64,000 bases of DNA from contig JAWMAR010001797.1 in the NCBI GenBank assembly GCA_036785375.1, positions 62,001-126,000 of the forward strand, read 5' to 3'. The stretch comes from Leucoraja ocellata. Taxonomy: Eukaryota. Made by a program: the position numbers and the translations under genes. The notes below the pieces were generated by a model that did no database searches, was not told the origin of the DNA, and saw nothing but the letters and a program-made list of their open reading frames with translations. Numbering within the stretch: the stretch's first letter is position 1; each line of letters starts with the position of its first letter. Positions 1-11,411 of the stretch are shown piece after piece.

Positions 1-20
1 TTACCTTACAATACCCTGCG

Positions 21-168
21 TGACGTGTTGGGTCGAGACTGGAGAAGAGTCTCGATCCGAAACGTCATACATTCCTTCTCTCCAGAGATGTTGCCTGTCC
101 CGCTGAGTTTCTCCAGCTTTTTGTGTCTATCTTCGGATTAAACCGGCATCTGCTGTTCATCCTTACAC
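21..168 (+). mobile_element. Penelope-like pseudo-LTR fragment with degenerate hammerhead core and inverted 5' piece
   Basis: CTGGAGAAGAGTCTCGATCCGAAACGTCA followed by CCAGAGATGTTGCCTGTCCCGCTGAGTT, the same as the terminal part of the GIY-YIG element at 27056-27188. Bases 21-39 are an inverted copy of 49-67. Confidence 0.65.
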
Positions 169-708
169 CTCACAATGTTTATGCATGCACGTGTCAATAA
201 ACCCGGCTTGATTGGACGTGACGATGCATTTCACCAACAATCATTCCCTTTATAGAGGTATTTGGTTCAGCAATTAGCCAATCGAAAGCATTGTGTTCAC
301 GAACATCTTCTCCGCTATCTGGAAAGTGATAATTAAATTATGATTATGTCCTATGATCGCTAAAGAGGTCAACTTTGCTTTAAAATTATTTTCGTTGGAA
401 TGGGCATAATCATATCAAAGGAAATTATGCAGTCGTTATATGAATATATTTTCTTACTGCCCGGATGAGCGATTATAAGAGTTCCAACAACTGTAAACAA
501 AGACGATATATCCGATAATCTATTTATGGAGCAAGGAACATTTGTTGGGAATATCGCTGTGCATTCTAACAGACGGACATAATGTTTTAGTAATAACCTT
601 ATCCGGATGTGCCTGATGTGATATTCGAAGTTAAACGTAAAACAAAGCTCCTTCTTCAAACGTTTATTTATTTAGGGCATTTTATGGTTGCACACAATTA
701 AATGTGCA

Positions 709-875
709 GGAGAGCGGTACAGCTTTAAGAATTGTAGCTGCAGTTGTTGAAAAGAACTGGTCGTGTCGCTGTCTACCAATGAGAAGCTCGAGTACGCAGA
801 TGGATCCATTGCCCCTCCCACATCTCCAGAATAAAAACGCCAGACGCGACGACAGAGACCAGCTGTGCCTGCGTT
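709..875 (+). promoter_or_regulatory. Protocadherin promoter module with CSE-like CGCT box (767-770), unit 1
   Basis: TGCAG...AAAGAACTGGTCGTGTCGCTGTCTACCAATG...CCCCTCCC...AATAAAAA, conserved upstream of every full unit about 250-260 bp before the ATG. Matches the CGCT-box CSE of clustered Pcdh promoters. Confidence 0.8.
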
Positions 876-1026
876 TCCATTGCCGAAACAAGCTGAGCAG
901 GATAGATTTGCCGTCTGTTTAGATTGGGGATTGGAAATATATAAGATTTTGTATCTGGTGCGTGGAACATTTGCACGGATTAACCGAGGAGAGGCCTAGT
1001 CTTGGACTTTGACGGGGCGCGGAACA

Positions 1027-3507
1027 ATGGCGTTTCTATCGAGGTTTGCTTTCACTGTGTTTGCTTGCATATTTGCGATATGTCGACCTGGTCTTATCTC
1101 CGGGCAAATTCGCTATTCTATTCCCGAGGAAATGGAGCAAGGTGCATTTGTTGGGAATATCGCTGTGGATTTGAGCCTGAGTGTACATCAATTATCAGCT
1201 CGCAAATTCCGACTGAGCTCCGATGACGGAGGGCGATACATGAAGGTTAGTTTGGACAATGGAATCATGAGTATTCGTGAAAGAATCGACCGGGAACGTA
1301 TTTGTGGACAGAATGATCAATGTACTATACGTTTCGAAACAATACTGGAAAACCCTTTGGAGGTGTATGAAGGGGAATTGGAGATTCTTGACGTAAATGA
1401 CAATTCCCCCACTTTCCCGCAGAGGGGCATTGCTTTGCAGATGTCAGAAGCGAGTGCACCCGGTGCACGTTTCCGACTCGAGGGCGCGGATGATCCGGAC
1501 ATTGGTACAAATACCGTGGCCGCTTACACAATCGGTTCGAGTGATCACTTTAGCCTAAGAACACAGAAAACCGAGAGCGGCATTATAATTGTCGAATTGC
1601 TCTTGGAGAAATATTTGGACCGAGAACTACAATCATCATTTCAACTCTTGCTTACGGCGACTGACGGCGGAACCCCTCAGAGATCAGCCACAGCTCAGAT
1701 TCTCATTACTGTATTCGATAACAATGATAATCCACCTGTGTTCGATCATGATATTTACAGAGGTAGTGTAAGTGAGAACGCGCCGCGGGGTACGTTGGTG
1801 CTGAAAGTCAAAGCAATTGATTTGGATGAAGGACTGAATGCGGACCTGACATATCGTTTTAGTGATGTTGCTTTGCGAAGAGCGCAAAATGTATTCAGTT
1901 TGGAACCAGGCACCGGGGAGATTCGAGTCCAACAGCCACTAGATTTTGAAGAAGTAAACAGCTATTCTCTCGATATTCAAGCCCAGGACCACGGTTCCCC
2001 TGCAATGACAGGACACTCCAATGTACTGATCGAAGTCACTGATGTGAACGACAACGCACCTGAGATAAAGGTAACTTCAGCTTCCAACAAAATCCAGGAA
2101 AATGCGCCACCAGGAAGTTTCATATCCCTGATTAATGTGATGGATCGTGATTCAGCAGCGAACGGTCAAGTGCGTTGCGAGATACAAAAGAACGTCCCAT
2201 TTCGACTGCAAAGGACATCGAACCACTATAAATTAACCACGAGTGAAACGTTGGATCGTGAAGCCATCTCTGAGTATGACATACTTATTTCAGCCTGGGA
2301 CTTGGGGTCGCCGTCACTTTCAACAAATAAAACCATCCAGATTGCAATTTCGGACGTTAATGATAACGCACCGCAGTTCGGTGATGCATCCTACAACGTA
2401 TATGTAATGGAGAATAACCCTCCGGGTGCATTCATTTTTACAGTGACTGCAACGGATCCCGATCTGGACCAAAATTCATATGTTTCCTACTCCGTTCTCG
2501 ATAATCATATCCAAAACATGCCGGTATCCACTTATCTCACTATTAACCCAATGAACGGTACTATTTACGCGCTGCGTTCCTTTGACCACGAGGAACTCAA
2601 GAACTTCCAGATCCGTATACAAGCCCGTGACGCAGGGGTGCCTCCGTTGAGCAGCAGCGCCACGGTGAATGTGATCATCTTGGATCAAAATGACAACGCG
2701 CCGGTAATTGTTTCACCTTCAGAACAAAGTGGCCCAGCAACAGTGGAGATCGTGCCCCAGATAGCGGGTCAAGGGTACTTGGTCACCAAGATAATGGCAA
2801 CTGATGCCGATTCTGGTCAGAACGCTCGGCTCTTTTATCATATGGTGAAATCTACCGACCCTGGTTTGTACAACGTTGGACAACATTCAGGTGAAATCAG
2901 AACGGCGCGCAATATTATGCAGTCAGATGCTGTTGTACAAACTCTAGTCATCTTGGTTAAGGACAATGGGCAGCCAAGCCTGACCAGCACAGTTACAATC
3001 CACATTAGAGTTTTGTGGAACAGCACTGAAGGAACCGGCGAAAGCAGTACCTTGGTGAAGACTCCAGAATATTTCTCTGATCCAAACGTTTATTTAATCA
3101 TCATTTTCAGTTGCACTTCCGTGATATTTCTTCTGATCATCGTTCTGTTGATTGGCATCAAGTGTAAACAGGACAGAATTAATATCCAAGATTATAACTC
3201 CCCTAATTATTCTTACAATCATGCGGGTTCTCACGGCACGCTTAATGGGAGATCTGCCATGGAGGAAACTTTACGCTATCCTGGGACGGGCCGGGTACTC
3301 CGCTTGCAAGAGCCGAATCAATACTCGGTCTGTCTTTCTCCAGCGTCAGCGAAAAGCGATTTTCTCTTCTTGAAGCCATGCGGCGCACCCACCTCTCAAG
3401 CCCAATGCCAAATAACACTGATGCGTAGATTAAGGAATGCCAATTTTGTGTGCGGCCATTTTATTTCTGGCCGGAAATATGAATCAGTGCGAGTTAAATA
3501 TTTTTAA
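1027..3507 (+). CDS. Clustered-type protocadherin, unit 1 (826 aa, single exon; C-terminally extended by stop loss)
   Basis: ATG at 1027 in ACAATGG context. Signal peptide, EC1 with C-X5-C (ICGQNDQC), six cadherin repeats with DRE/DxNDN/AxDxG motifs, TM (VYLIIIFSCTSVIFLLIIVLLIGI), tail motif CLSPASAKSDFLFLKP. Confidence 0.93.
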   Translation: MAFLSRFAFTVFACIFAICRPGLISGQIRYSIPEEMEQGAFVGNIAVDLSLSVHQLSARKFRLSSDDGGRYMKVSLDNGIMSIRERIDRERICGQNDQCTIRFETILENPLEVYEGELEILDVNDNSPTFPQRGIALQMSEASAPGARFRLEGADDPDIGTNTVAAYTIGSSDHFSLRTQKTESGIIIVELLLEKYLDRELQSSFQLLLTATDGGTPQRSATAQILITVFDNNDNPPVFDHDIYRGSVSENAPRGTLVLKVKAIDLDEGLNADLTYRFSDVALRRAQNVFSLEPGTGEIRVQQPLDFEEVNSYSLDIQAQDHGSPAMTGHSNVLIEVTDVNDNAPEIKVTSASNKIQENAPPGSFISLINVMDRDSAANGQVRCEIQKNVPFRLQRTSNHYKLTTSETLDREAISEYDILISAWDLGSPSLSTNKTIQIAISDVNDNAPQFGDASYNVYVMENNPPGAFIFTVTATDPDLDQNSYVSYSVLDNHIQNMPVSTYLTINPMNGTIYALRSFDHEELKNFQIRIQARDAGVPPLSSSATVNVIILDQNDNAPVIVSPSEQSGPATVEIVPQIAGQGYLVTKIMATDADSGQNARLFYHMVKSTDPGLYNVGQHSGEIRTARNIMQSDAVVQTLVILVKDNGQPSLTSTVTIHIRVLWNSTEGTGESSTLVKTPEYFSDPNVYLIIIFSCTSVIFLLIIVLLIGIKCKQDRINIQDYNSPNYSYNHAGSHGTLNGRSAMEETLRYPGTGRVLRLQEPNQYSVCLSPASAKSDFLFLKPCGAPTSQAQCQITLMRRLRNANFVCGHFISGRKYESVRVKYF

Positions 3508-6202
3508 AAACATTCATTTATTGCATTTTTTTCTCTATCACTTAAATGGGAGTACAATTGTTAAACATATAATTTTCCTACAACTGGAATGAAAACATTT
3601 TGAAATTGTATCTTTTATTTCTAAAGACAGTCCTGCTGTCTCGGGATAATGTGCATAAACGTGTTGCTATTTAGTTTATTACGCAAAGTGTCTGGGCACC
3701 TGGATCCACTACGTATTAATAAGGGAAACTTGCGTTGAATAATTTGCTGATTGCGCACCGATGCATTCTATGAAAATTGTTGATAGTTCGTGATACAAAT
3801 AATACATGTAATAATAATGAGCAGGTGAAGGAAATAATTAAGCTCGTATAGTTGAAAAATAAGTGATGGCAGATGCTGAAATTGTGAGCACAACTGCCTG
3901 GAGGAAATCGATGAGTCAGGCAGCAACTGGAGCCAGATGACGTTTGGTGTCGAGTCCTTAGTGACGACAGGAGTAGAACCTTGTTGGTAGAAACAGAAGA
4001 GGGGAAGTCTCAGAACAAACTATATCAAGTGGTAGTTGGATCTAGTTGAGGAGGGATTTTTTGGCAGTGGTTCATGTAGAGGATAGCATTGGTTGAGGAA
4101 AACTGGCCGAATCTCCATTCTTAGATGAATCGGGATGTCCTGATGTCATCCTGATGCGGAATGGGCATGCAAAGCGACGTCATCCCTGGTAAAAATGAAC
4201 ATTGCCAAACAATATGCAAGTTATTAAAGTGATGGAGAGCATGTTTGGTGAGATTGAAGCACTAAGCATGTTGGGCTGCATATGTGGGGAAAAGTAGCAT
4301 CCTACTTTGAGAAACGGTCAGTTTGCCACACTGATGAAAACGTGAAACCACTTTAGTTTGGAAGTAGCGGAACAGGTGAATATGACTGAAATACATGTAT
4401 TGTGTCTGAAAGGGAGGAGAAAAATGAACGAAAGTAGTAGCAGGCGTAACTGAGGTTCAAATTGTGCTTTTTGCTCTGTGTTAGGAACTTCTAACGCCCA
4501 GCAATCATGAATGGATACTTTCTTAGTATCTTCTCACTACCCACCCTCTTGGATGGAACAAGAACAGGGTTTCTCAATGTGTTATCTTCCACTCGCAGAC
4601 TTTCACATTCAATGCAACTTGCATACATTCAAACAAAATTCCGTCACTGAGTACAGATTCCCCATCCCTGCCGGTTTAGCAGTTCAAACGTATCATTCAT
4701 TCATCAATGTCTATGCTAGTTAACTGACCCTACTGGCAACGCACCATACGTTCGCAGTTTTAGTTTGCTTAACTGTTTCATTCACATTTCCACACTAGCT
4801 AACCCCTTTGTCTCTGATTTCCAGCAACGTTGGAACACATTACAAAGCAAAGGCGCACACTTGAAAAAAAAAGCAGCACCTCGTCTTCCAAATGGACAAG
4901 TTGCAATCTTCGAGAACTCGCCACACTTGTCTGTTATCATTTCGGTTTAGTATTTCATTCTTGTTTGGGGAGGTGTAGATCATAGCAACAGACCACTCAG
5001 CACATCGCATCTAAGCCGACCATCATATTTACCTGTACAAATTCCACCATCGCGTAAATTCCATATGCATCAACTCCCTACATATGCACATTTCCATTCT
5101 GTGCCGTTTAAATACTTACCTCTTCCACCTCCACGGCAATCTCAATCCACATGCCATATTCCCCTTTTCTGAAATGATTAGCCATCTGGTCCACTCTCAC
5201 CGCACTCCATCTGATTTTAAAACTTATCTTCTAGTTTTGGACCGCCCTACCATTGGAAATGGCTACTGGCCATCTACCCTATCTGAGCCGCTCATGATTC
5301 TATATATCTCTAACATTGGCACCGGCCTATACAATCTCCCCTAATGACGGAAACCTCCCATTTTTGGTCTTACCATCAGAGAGATTCCTACATTTTTCTT
5401 TCCCATCCTCGCTCTTACTGAAAAATAACGTCGTTGCATTATTTTATAGTTCCGGTAAAGGAGCCAAGGCCAGAAACGTTAATTGTATTTCTTTCCTCGG
5501 GTGATATTTGAATCGGTGAGTGTTTTCAGCATTTCCAGCATTGTTGCACATGAAACGCCGTTGGCTGCTTTACAGTTTGTTGCGTATCTAAATAGCGATA
5601 GAAGCTTGCTTCTTGTTTGGTGGAAAGAACGATTCGTAATCTCACCTGTGGAGTTTCTTGTTGATTTGGAAGTTTTGTGCAGGTTTAATCATAATGATTC
5701 GGTTGATATTATTCTTATTGTAATTTGATTTTCGCTAGTTTCGCGTGGTTCGGTCATTGTAAAACGTTTATGTTTTGATGAAATATAATAGATGAAACCC
5801 AGGGCTAACTTGATAATGATGTCCAATTGACATCAGGTTAACCATATGTGGCATCGGACATATTCAGAATATTTTCAACCTATGGTGAACATAACCAATG
5901 CCATATTTGTGATGAACATTCTGTCTTCTACAACTGAAAGATGTGTCCCATTCACACTTTGCCGGGATCATGTACGATGTTGAGCATCCGCAGTTTACTT
6001 AATACCAGAAATGAAACTCGAATTGTTTTGAATACAAGACAAGTACTTTGGGCCATCTTGTCAGCTTTCAATGAAAAGGCATTTTACACAATAAATGTGG
6101 TACCAATAATTTAGTGTTATCTATGGCACATTACATACGAGAAAAATAAATATGGATTAATAGGTAATTGTGTCCTTCAGTTGGAAATTGCTATAACGAA
6201 AC

Positions 6203-8213
6203 AATAAGCGAGTTCGGTATTACATCTGCGCATGCCCAGGTCATGGATCATTCGGGATAAACATTTTCGCCAGCCGAGCGACTGTGTGTGTACGTACCAG
6301 CGTATTCATTTCAATGGGATTTCTAAATAAATGTATCCGCCAAATATGTCAGCAGTAGGCCACCGCGTACTGCAGGTTGCACAAATCCACAATTGTATCT
6401 ATTTGAATTATTAACCCAATACCCAATAAAAGAATGCCTGGAACGAACCTGTCAATTATAAAATCCCTGGCATTAGCCTGAGTCACAGCCATTCAAATTC
6501 GGTATTGATTTACACAAATTACAGGTTGTGTGGTCAACCAATTGCATTCATATTAAACATCCTTCCTGCACTGAAGGAAACGTGGAGAATGTGCTGGGTG
6601 AAAAGTTCAGATTGGATTCGGACGGGCTGGTTAAACTTTCGAGGTGGGTTGGCTTAAATAAATATGTTGTCGCTTTAACCTCTGGGGTTGGTTCCAGTCT
6701 GCCAGGGTACACAGTTGGGAGCCGAAGCTGGGTGACCGGGCGGTGATAATTATAAGAATTTGCAGCCATTTGAACCACTGCCAAATTAGAGGCTTCATTC
6801 AGTAGTGGGTCGCAGCTCACCAGCTAATGGGACCTGTTCTTGCTCTCTTCGAAGGAGGCACCAACCTCGGCAAATGCGGAGCCAACCCGTTATATGAGTT
6901 CTTCATCGAGGAAAGATACTGAAAAAAAGTATGCTCCTATTCCCCCCCCCCCCCCCCCCCCACATCATCTAACCAAGAAACATTGAAACAAACTATTAGT
7001 TCATACTTAAAACAATAAAAAACAGTAGAAAGGACAAACAGACTGTTGGTAAGGTTGCGCTACGGTGGCGCCACCCGGTGGAAGTGAGCTTCGGGTAACA
7101 CCTGCACAAAGAGCCTCTGTTAACAAGGGCTGACAAACTGTGCTGGTTAACTTGCACTGGGCGAGATGGCTGGGGGAAACGCACCGCATCCACCGCAAAC
7201 TTGGTACAGCACAGACCCTCCACTTAATCTATCCAATACTGAAGGGCAGGCATTTCGCAGTTAAATGTCTTATATCGGATTGGCGGTTCCTTCGCAGGGC
7301 CAACCCTGTACTCAGTTTTCCTCGGAGATTAATCTCTGCCTTAACGGTACATTCACACCACCTGTCGGTAAAGCATCAGCCCACATCACGCTGATACAGT
7401 CGCTGCCTGACGCAGATTAAATATCTTTTTACACATAAATTATGAATAAGGATAAGAAAATATTTAAAACACAAGTAATATTTTGTTATTCCAGTGGCAA
7501 ACACATTAAGGATCAATGAAAATAATAAATTCTTTAACTTTTTTAATATCTCACATTTGCAGATTAATGAACTGAACTAGAACCGGGACTGTGTAAGTAG
7601 TGTGTGAACAGCAGAACAAGAAAGGAAGCTATTGAGTTGAAGGGATTCTAGATCAACCGTTTGAAATGGCTTTGGTAATTGTGAGGGGAGGCCTTCTGCT
7701 TGTCATTTGATAATATGCACAAATGTGATGCTACTTGGTCAATTACGCAAATGATCTGGGTACCTGGATTGAATGACAATGCAAAATTGCGTTGAAATGT
7801 TTTCTGGTTGCTAAGCAATGCGTTCCACCTGAATTGTTGATAATAGTAGTAATAATATGTGTATATATAATAATATACAGCGGATGCTGCAAGTCTCGAT
7901 TAATACCACTTCGGTAAAAGGCGGGATGGCAGCTGGTGAAATCCTGTGCAAGAAATTAACTTACTGTAAAAACTCAGCCCTGTCAGACAGCAGCTGCGGA
8001 TAGTAGACGATGTTTGGTCTCGAGCCATTGACTACAGAGAGGGAGGTGAGGTTGTGTGTGTGGGGGGAGGGGGGGGGGGGGGTTGGCGAGAGAAAGGTTG
8101 GAAACAGTTGAGGATGGGACATTTTGGCTGTTGATTTGTGTGGGGAATACGGGCAGTTGAGGAGGAATTGTTGAATCACCAATCTTGGATGGAAGGGATG
8201 TCCCAGATGCCAC
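6203..8213. mobile_element. Compound insertion beginning with a putative DNA-transposon end (AATAAGCGAGTTCGGTATT...)
   Basis: Interrupts the paralogous spacer. Its first 47 bp or so are the reverse complement of 16810-16856. Family not established. Confidence 0.45.
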
Positions 8214-8979
8214 CCTGGTTCGGTCATTGTAAAACGTTTGTGATGTGATGTAATATAAAAATATAAATAGTAAAATGCATGAGAATGGCGTCTAACTGAC
8301 ACCCAATGAACCCGTTGTGGCATCAAAAACCTTCAGAAATATTTCACCCAATGGTGAACATGACCAATGCATTGAGTTTGAATAACATTCTATCCTCTAC
8401 GACATGAAGAACGTACTATTCAAACTTTGCCGTGATCATATACGACGTTGAACACCCAATGCCAACTCCAGTAGTGGAAATAAACTTCGAATGTCTGAAC
8501 ACATTACAAGTATTTTAAACCACCTTGTTAACGTTCACTGAAAAGGGTATTTTACACGGTAAACGTGGCAACAAGAGATTAGTATTAATTTGGACGCAGT
8601 TTAAATGAGAACAAATCTGCGGAATAATGCGCAATTGAGTCACTTAGTTGCAAATTGCAGGCACGAAGCCAGTCGGAAAAGGAACAATGAAAGAGAGAAT
8701 CTCAAATTAAATATGAATTGCAAAATTCACAAAATTTCCTGTGCTACACCTCACACCGACACCTATATTCTATGCTTCCAACAACATCCGTCGGGGTGTG
8801 CTGGACGATGTACTTGCGAAGCTGCTGCAAGCAAGATTTACATTGTAGCAGAACCTCGCCTCCTTACCTGTGCATGCACGTGTCAATAAACCCGGCTGGA
8901 CTTGGACGTGACGGTACATTTCTCCAACAATTACTTCCTTTCAACATGAATTTGGTTCCACAATTGGCCAATCGAAAGC

Positions 8980-9492
8980 TTTACGAGGATGTTGTCAGAT
9001 CTGGACGGTCAGAGCTATAGGGAGTGATAGTGTAGGCTGGGACTCTATTCCTTGGAGCGCACGGAGATGAGGGACGATGAATAGGCATGAATGGGTCGTG
9101 TAGATGCACATGTTTATGAAAGAACTACAGATGCTGGAAAAACGAAGGTAGATGCACATAGTCCCATTCCCAGAGTAGGAGAATCGAGGACCAGAGGACA
9201 CAGGTTAAAAAGTGAAGGGGAAAAGATAAGAGGAATATGAGGACTAACGTTTTCACACAAAGGATGGTGGGTGTGTGGAATAAGCTGCCAGCGGAGGTAA
9301 TTGAGGCAGGGACTAGCCTAACGTTTAAGAAACAGCTAGACAAGTACATGGATAAAACAGGTTTGGAGGGATATGGACCAAACGCGGGCGGATGGGATTT
9401 GAGCAGCTGGGATATGTTGGCCGGTGTGAGCAAGTTGTGCCGAAGAGACTGTCTCCACGTTGTATTAGTCTATGTCTCTATCATGACTCTAT
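8980..9492 (+). mobile_element. CR1-type LINE 3' fragment
   Basis: Encodes degenerate TRGH...FTQRMVGVWNKLPAEVIEAGTSLTFKKQLDKYM, typical of the CR1 ORF2 C-terminus; TCTAT-repeat tail. Confidence 0.8.
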
Positions 9493-9557
9493 TATATTCC
9501 CGAATCCATTATGCAATATATAGAAAGTGACAAAGAAATATTCTGATCGCTAAAGAG

Positions 9558-10760
9558 GTCATAAGGTCATAAGGATTACGAATAGAATTAGGCAATTCGG
9601 CCCATCAAGTCTACTTCGCCATTCGATCATGGGTAATCCATCACTCTCTTCTAATAACATTCTCCTGCCTTCTCCCCCTAACATCTGCACATAACTAATC
9701 AAGAATCTATATAACCATGCCTTAAGAATATCCACTGACCTGGCCTATACAGCCTTCCGTAATAAAGAATACGATAGACTCACCACCCTCTGAAACAAGA
9801 AATTTCTCCTCATCTCCATTCTAAAATATGTCCTTTAATTCTGAGGCGATGACCTCTAGTTCTAGACTCTCCCACTAATGGAAACATCCTCTCCACATCC
9901 ACTTTATCGAGCAACTGTCCATATGGTGCCAGCGCAATAACCTGGCCCTCAACACCAGCGAAACCAAGGAACTGATTTGTGGACTTTGGAAGGAGTAGGA
10001 GTAGGATTTATATCAACGGATCGATGGTTGAAAGGGTCAAGAGCTTCAAATTCCTGGGCGTGTACATCTCTGAAGATCGTTCCTGGTCCGAGAACACTAA
10101 TACAATTATCAAGAAAGCTCATCAGCGCCTCTACATCCTGAGAAGATTACGGAGAGCCGGTTTGTCAAGGAGGACTCTCTAACTTCTACAGGTGTACAGT
10201 AGAGAGCACGCGACCGGGTTGCATCGTGGCCTAGTTCGGCAACTTGAGCGCCCTAGAGAGGAAAATACTACAAGTAGTAAACGCTGCCCAGTCCATCATC
10301 GGCTCTGACATTCCTTGCATCGAGGGGATCTATCGCAGCCGCTTCCTCAAAAAGGCTGGTAGTATCATCAAAGACCCACACCATCCTGGCCACACACTCG
10401 TCTGCCTGCTATTTTCAGGTACAGGAGCCTGAAGACTGCAACAACCAGGTTCAGGAATAGCTACTTCCCCACAGCCATCAGGCTATTAAACCTGGCTCGG
10501 ACAAAACTCTGATTATTATTAACCCATTATCTGTTATTTGCACTTTATCAGTCGATTTTTCATGTGTGTATATATGTACATTATGGTATATGGACACACT
10601 TATCTGTTTTGTAGTAAATGCCTACTATGTTCTGTGTGGAGCAAAGCAAGAACTCCATTGTCCTATATAGGGACACATGACAATCAACTCACTTGAACTG
10701 AACTTTTCCAAGCCTTTCACTATTCTGTATATTTCAACGCGATGCCCCTTCATTTCTTCA
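9558..10760 (-). mobile_element. CR1-type LINE 3' fragment interrupted by a Rex/Babar insertion
   Basis: CATAAGGTCATAAGG tail and TAGAATTAGGC..GGCCCATC 3'UTR on the minus strand. The sequence breaks near 9910 and resumes near 10705. Confidence 0.7.
9912..10704 (+). mobile_element. Rex1/Babar-type LINE 3' fragment (RT C-terminus)
   Basis: Degenerate WCQRNNLALNTSETKELI-DF...VERVKSFKFLGVYISED...KKAHQRLYILRRL...IIKDPHHPGH; TTGAAC-like tail. Confidence 0.8.
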
Positions 10761-11095
10761 CTGGTCCAATATTCTTGAAAATTATTTTTGTTGGGAAGGG
10801 CGTAATCATGTCAAAGAAGGAAATTATGTCATCGTTATATAAATATAATGTACAACAGTAAGTGCTCCAAAATCAGTTAACAACGACTATATATCCGATA
10901 TGCTATACTTCATCATAGATATATTGATGCCATCTACTTATTCCCTATTGCATTTTATCTGACCAACAGAACGAGTTTCCGCTCTGGGAATAACTCACTC
11001 CAGACGTGATTGCTGTGACTTTAAAGATAAATGCAAAATAAATTCCTGCAAATTTTATTTTTATACTGGGTGTTTAATACACAATTAAATGTGCA

Positions 11096-11262
11096 GGAGA
11101 GCAGCACAGCTTTAAGAATTGCAGCTGCAGTTGTTGAAAAGAACTGGTCGTGTCGCTGTCTACCAATGAGAAGCTCAAGCACACAGATGGATCATTGCCC
11201 CTCCCACATCCCAGAATAAAAACGTCATACGCGACGAGAGATGCGAGCAGTGCCTGCGTTTC
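11096..11262 (+). promoter_or_regulatory. CSE-like promoter module, unit 2 (CGCT 11154-11157)
   Basis: Same conserved module. Confidence 0.8.
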
Positions 11263-11411
11263 CATTGCCGAAACAGGCTGAGGACGATAGATTTCCCGTC
11301 TGTTTCAATTCGGGATTGGAAATCTATAAGATTTTTTATCTGGTGCGTGGACCATTTGCACGGATTACCCGAGGAGAGGCCTGGTCTGGGACTTTGACAG
11401 GGCGCGGAACA

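Noticed and set aside
704-922. Recurrent short ORF (..LRIVAAVVEKNWSCRCLPMRSSSTQMD..) upstream of several units
   Set aside because: It is the translation of the conserved promoter module. Starts are often non-ATG, and frame and length vary between paralogs, so coding function is unsupported.
1009-1026. Upstream TTG starts in the ORF track (1009, 28591, 36035, 43199, 57734)
   Set aside because: Bacterial-style starts. The ATG 18 nt downstream has good Kozak context and begins the signal peptide.
2838-3026. Recurrent antisense ORF (..RLGCPLSLTKMTRV..) in most units
   Set aside because: Shadow of the conserved EC6 coding sequence on the opposite strand, without a consistent ATG.
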